Assembly: GCA_964247055.1 (NCBI GenBank)
Contig: OZ176056.1
Coordinates: forward strand, 8,866,001-8,930,000
Reading direction: 5' to 3'
DNA length: 64,000 nucleotides
Origin: Paragordius varius
Taxonomy: Eukaryota > Animalia > Nematomorpha
Shown one piece after another: positions 61,100 through 64,000 of this stretch. The notes beneath the pieces are model-generated. The model was not told where the DNA came from, made no database searches, and worked only from the letters and a program-made list of their open reading frames with translations. A program made the translations under genes and the position numbers. Positions within the stretch are counted from its first letter, which is position 1. Each line of letters opens with the position of its first letter.

Positions 61100-64000
61100 C
61101 GACTTATTTTATATATATACGCATTTTGCTTTTATATATTTATTTATATATAATTTAATTTAACTTTTAATTTATAAATTTTATATATATTTATTTTGGT
61201 ATATTTGACTATTTATTGTGCAATAATATATTTTCAATCTATCAACCGCACATTTTCACTCTAATGTTATAAATAAATAAATTTCAATCATTGTGTTTTC
61301 TTATTGGACTTTTCTTATTATATCGGAATTTAAGTTTATAATTTTATTTTTTAACTAACCGCCCTTAACCAGTCTTAATTATATTTTATTTTTGTTTTTT
61401 TCCGCAGCAATTTTTATGCATTTGCTAAAATGTTTAATATAGAGAAAAATCAATATGAACCAATTTAAAGTACTTAATTATTATATATAAAGTACAGTAA
61501 AAACTGAAATTATAGGGACAAAACGTAAAAATGTAAAGACAAATATTTGTTTCCAAAAATACAACCATACTTTAATCTTGATTTATTACAATATAACTCA
61601 TTATTTTAAATGGCAAAGTGTGAAATATAGATATAAATTACTAACACAATCAATTCTATTTATTTACAATTGTAAATAAATAGCTTATATAGAAAAAATT
61701 AAAGCTTATAAAAGTATGGTTGTCTTTTAGATTAAAATATATTCTTTATATTTTTGCGTTGTATATTTTTAATTTATCAAGTATTTTATAAACTGAGTTT
61801 TATTGATGGACGATTTGTCGATTAATAGTGGGCTAGTTTTGCTAAAAACACAAAACGCCGAGATCGCACGATAAGAATTTTTAATATATGATAGATTACG
61901 ACATCAAAAAAGAAAGTTTTAAAAGCATATAAACTTATAATTTATGAAGCGTCCGTTATGTTATTATCAAATATGGCCTAAAGAGACTTTAATTTGTTTA
62001 TCATTTCTATCACCTCGGAATTTTGATCAAGAGTTAGTTTGTTTTCAAAATCGGGTGATTTAAAAAAAATATAATATATATTCCACTAAAACTTAGGACA
62101 AACCAATTTTTTTATTGAAAATTCTCTTATATAAATGTTAATCATTAAATTATCTAGAAAAGGTCTTTTTATTATATCTTAAAGCGTTTTTATACGATTC
62201 ATATAATGCTTTCAATACCATCAAATACACCAACAAAATTTTGCTACAATTTATATTTTAATATAAAAACCAGCATTTTTCAAAAAATTTATTTTTACAC
62301 AATCTCGAAATTTATACATATAAGAAAATTAGCCCTTTTTAGGGGGTTTCAAGATTTTCGACTTTTAGGGCCTAAATCTAAAATTCTCTTAATATAAATG
62401 TTTTAAATAAATGGCAATAACTTTAACAATCGTAGGAACCAAAAACAATTGCACATACGTTTTTTTATCAAAATAACTATTATATTTTTAAGCCCTCGAT
62501 TTTGTACAGAGTATAATTTAAATTCACAATTTTACAGTTAGAAATTTAAATTATACAAATTCAACATAAAAATTCAAAAAAAATATTTTGTCAAAAATGC
62601 TAGCACACTTTTTAAAACTTAAATTTCCTTAACTATAAAATTAATATTTCAAAATATATAATAGAATAGTGTTAACAATTTACATTTAAATCACTTATAC
62701 AGAGCAACATCAAACGATGACTATATTTAAAAATATTTAAACACAGGGATGGCAACACTCCTTTTCGGTTCGCAAAATTGCTTTAAAAAATTCTAAAAAT
62801 TGCATTTGGATTTCCGATTATTTAGAAGATATATCACCCCAAAATGAAAAAACTAAAAATTATCATAGCAGCTGCGGAGATTTTTGTGTTCGCCTATGGT
62901 TATCCTTTTATAAAAAATTTTTTACTTTGTTTTAACGTTTTTCCTGTATAATTTTGTCTAGTTCTTAAAAACAGGGTTATATGCGCTGTCTGCTTAAATT
63001 GATTTAAAACAAAACATGAAAATTATACTGTAAAAAATAACCATACCATAAGTCAATATTATATATGATAATGTTTTATTTTCTATTTTGTATATTATGA
63101 CCCCAATGGAGTTAAATATAGAATATTTAATAAAACAATTCAATAAAATAACTATCAAAATTAATGGGTAGAAATTTTTTTGTCATTGGCTTGAAGAGTT
63201 GAGGCATAAGATTTAATTTTGATAAAAAAACTATGAGTGAGATAGGTAATTTTGAACTCCATATTTTGCAATCATACGATACGTTATATTAATAAAATCA
63301 GTGTTAAAGTATGGTTGTCTCTAATATATATTAGTCTTTTTATTTTAATTTTTTTAAACAATTTGTATATTTAAGGTAACATTAGGTGTATTACCTATTC
63401 TCAATTTTTAATTTTGCGACCCAAAACAATCGTTAAATCGAAAAAAATATGGTTGGGAATTAATATTATAACTTTATTATTACTCTAACAGTAAAAATTG
63501 AAATTGCACAGACAAAATGTAAAATACATAATTTTTTTAAAGAGACCATTTTTTGTAAAACTTAATTCTTTTTGCAAAAAATGTTTGATTACAATCGTAA
63601 AACACATAGTTGATTATGTTAGCATTAAACATTCCTATTTCATATTTCGCAAATTAAAACATATTTGTATCGAGCGGCCTTTTGATATTTTTTTACGTTT
63701 TCTCCGTATAATTTCAATTTTTAGTGTAATTTCCAAAAAACTTTAAATGGTTTTACCCAATGTAAGTTCCACCACAAAATCTTCCATTAACAAGGTGGTG
63801 CTTGCCAATCAGATCCTAGAGCCTGAAACTCAGCTGATCCGCCTTCAATAAAAATTGTGCGTCAAGCCATACTTAACAATATTCAACAATGTATAGCTAT
63901 ACATTATGCCAATATTTATATCAACAAATTTAATCTTTTCATTTATAGATAAGCTATCATTTAATAAAATCACTTAATAAATTTAATGATGCTCCCTTAT

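Noticed and set aside
63745-63880. GC-richer patch with short open frames on both strands (e.g. WLDAQFLLKADQLSFRL*)
   Set aside because: Too short to call. It might be the last exon of a gene beyond the window, or a repeat fragment.

Overview
Very AT-rich eukaryotic genomic DNA, almost certainly from an animal. The standard genetic code is used, and introns range from 25 nt to over 1 kb. Five spliced genes can be assembled by hand with consistent exon phases: an unidentified low-complexity gene on the minus strand (<1-~7.7 kb); PSMC2/Rpt1 (+, 9921-17006); XPC/Rad4 (-, 34211-24571); an orphan ~1778-aa gene (+, 39691-47782); and a vhp-1/DUSP8/16-like MAPK phosphatase (+, ~56580-60827). The most unusual region is 14.9-27.0 kb. 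The convergent 3' ends of PSMC2 and XPC are duplicated in tandem as one block, so each gene has a second, intact set of terminal exons interleaved in antisense with the other gene. The two sets differ almost only at synonymous sites. Inside both blocks, the XPC intron after the BHD3 exon carries an array of ~240-300-bp units. Each unit reproduces the last 60 nt of that exon plus its donor, with a formerly exonic TTTAG as acceptor, giving candidate frame-preserving (phase 2-2) cassette exons for the tip of the damage-sensing beta-hairpin. The acceptor of the same exon is triplicated in one block. Introns and intergenic DNA hold two TA-target MITE families, hAT-type non-autonomous elements, a decayed Mos1-like mariner and a decayed RTE/BovB-like LINE abutting the XPC start codon. 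Caveats: all gene models are manual and have no transcript support; the large duplication could be two diverged haplotypes mis-joined by the assembler; the taxon cannot be fixed from sequence alone.
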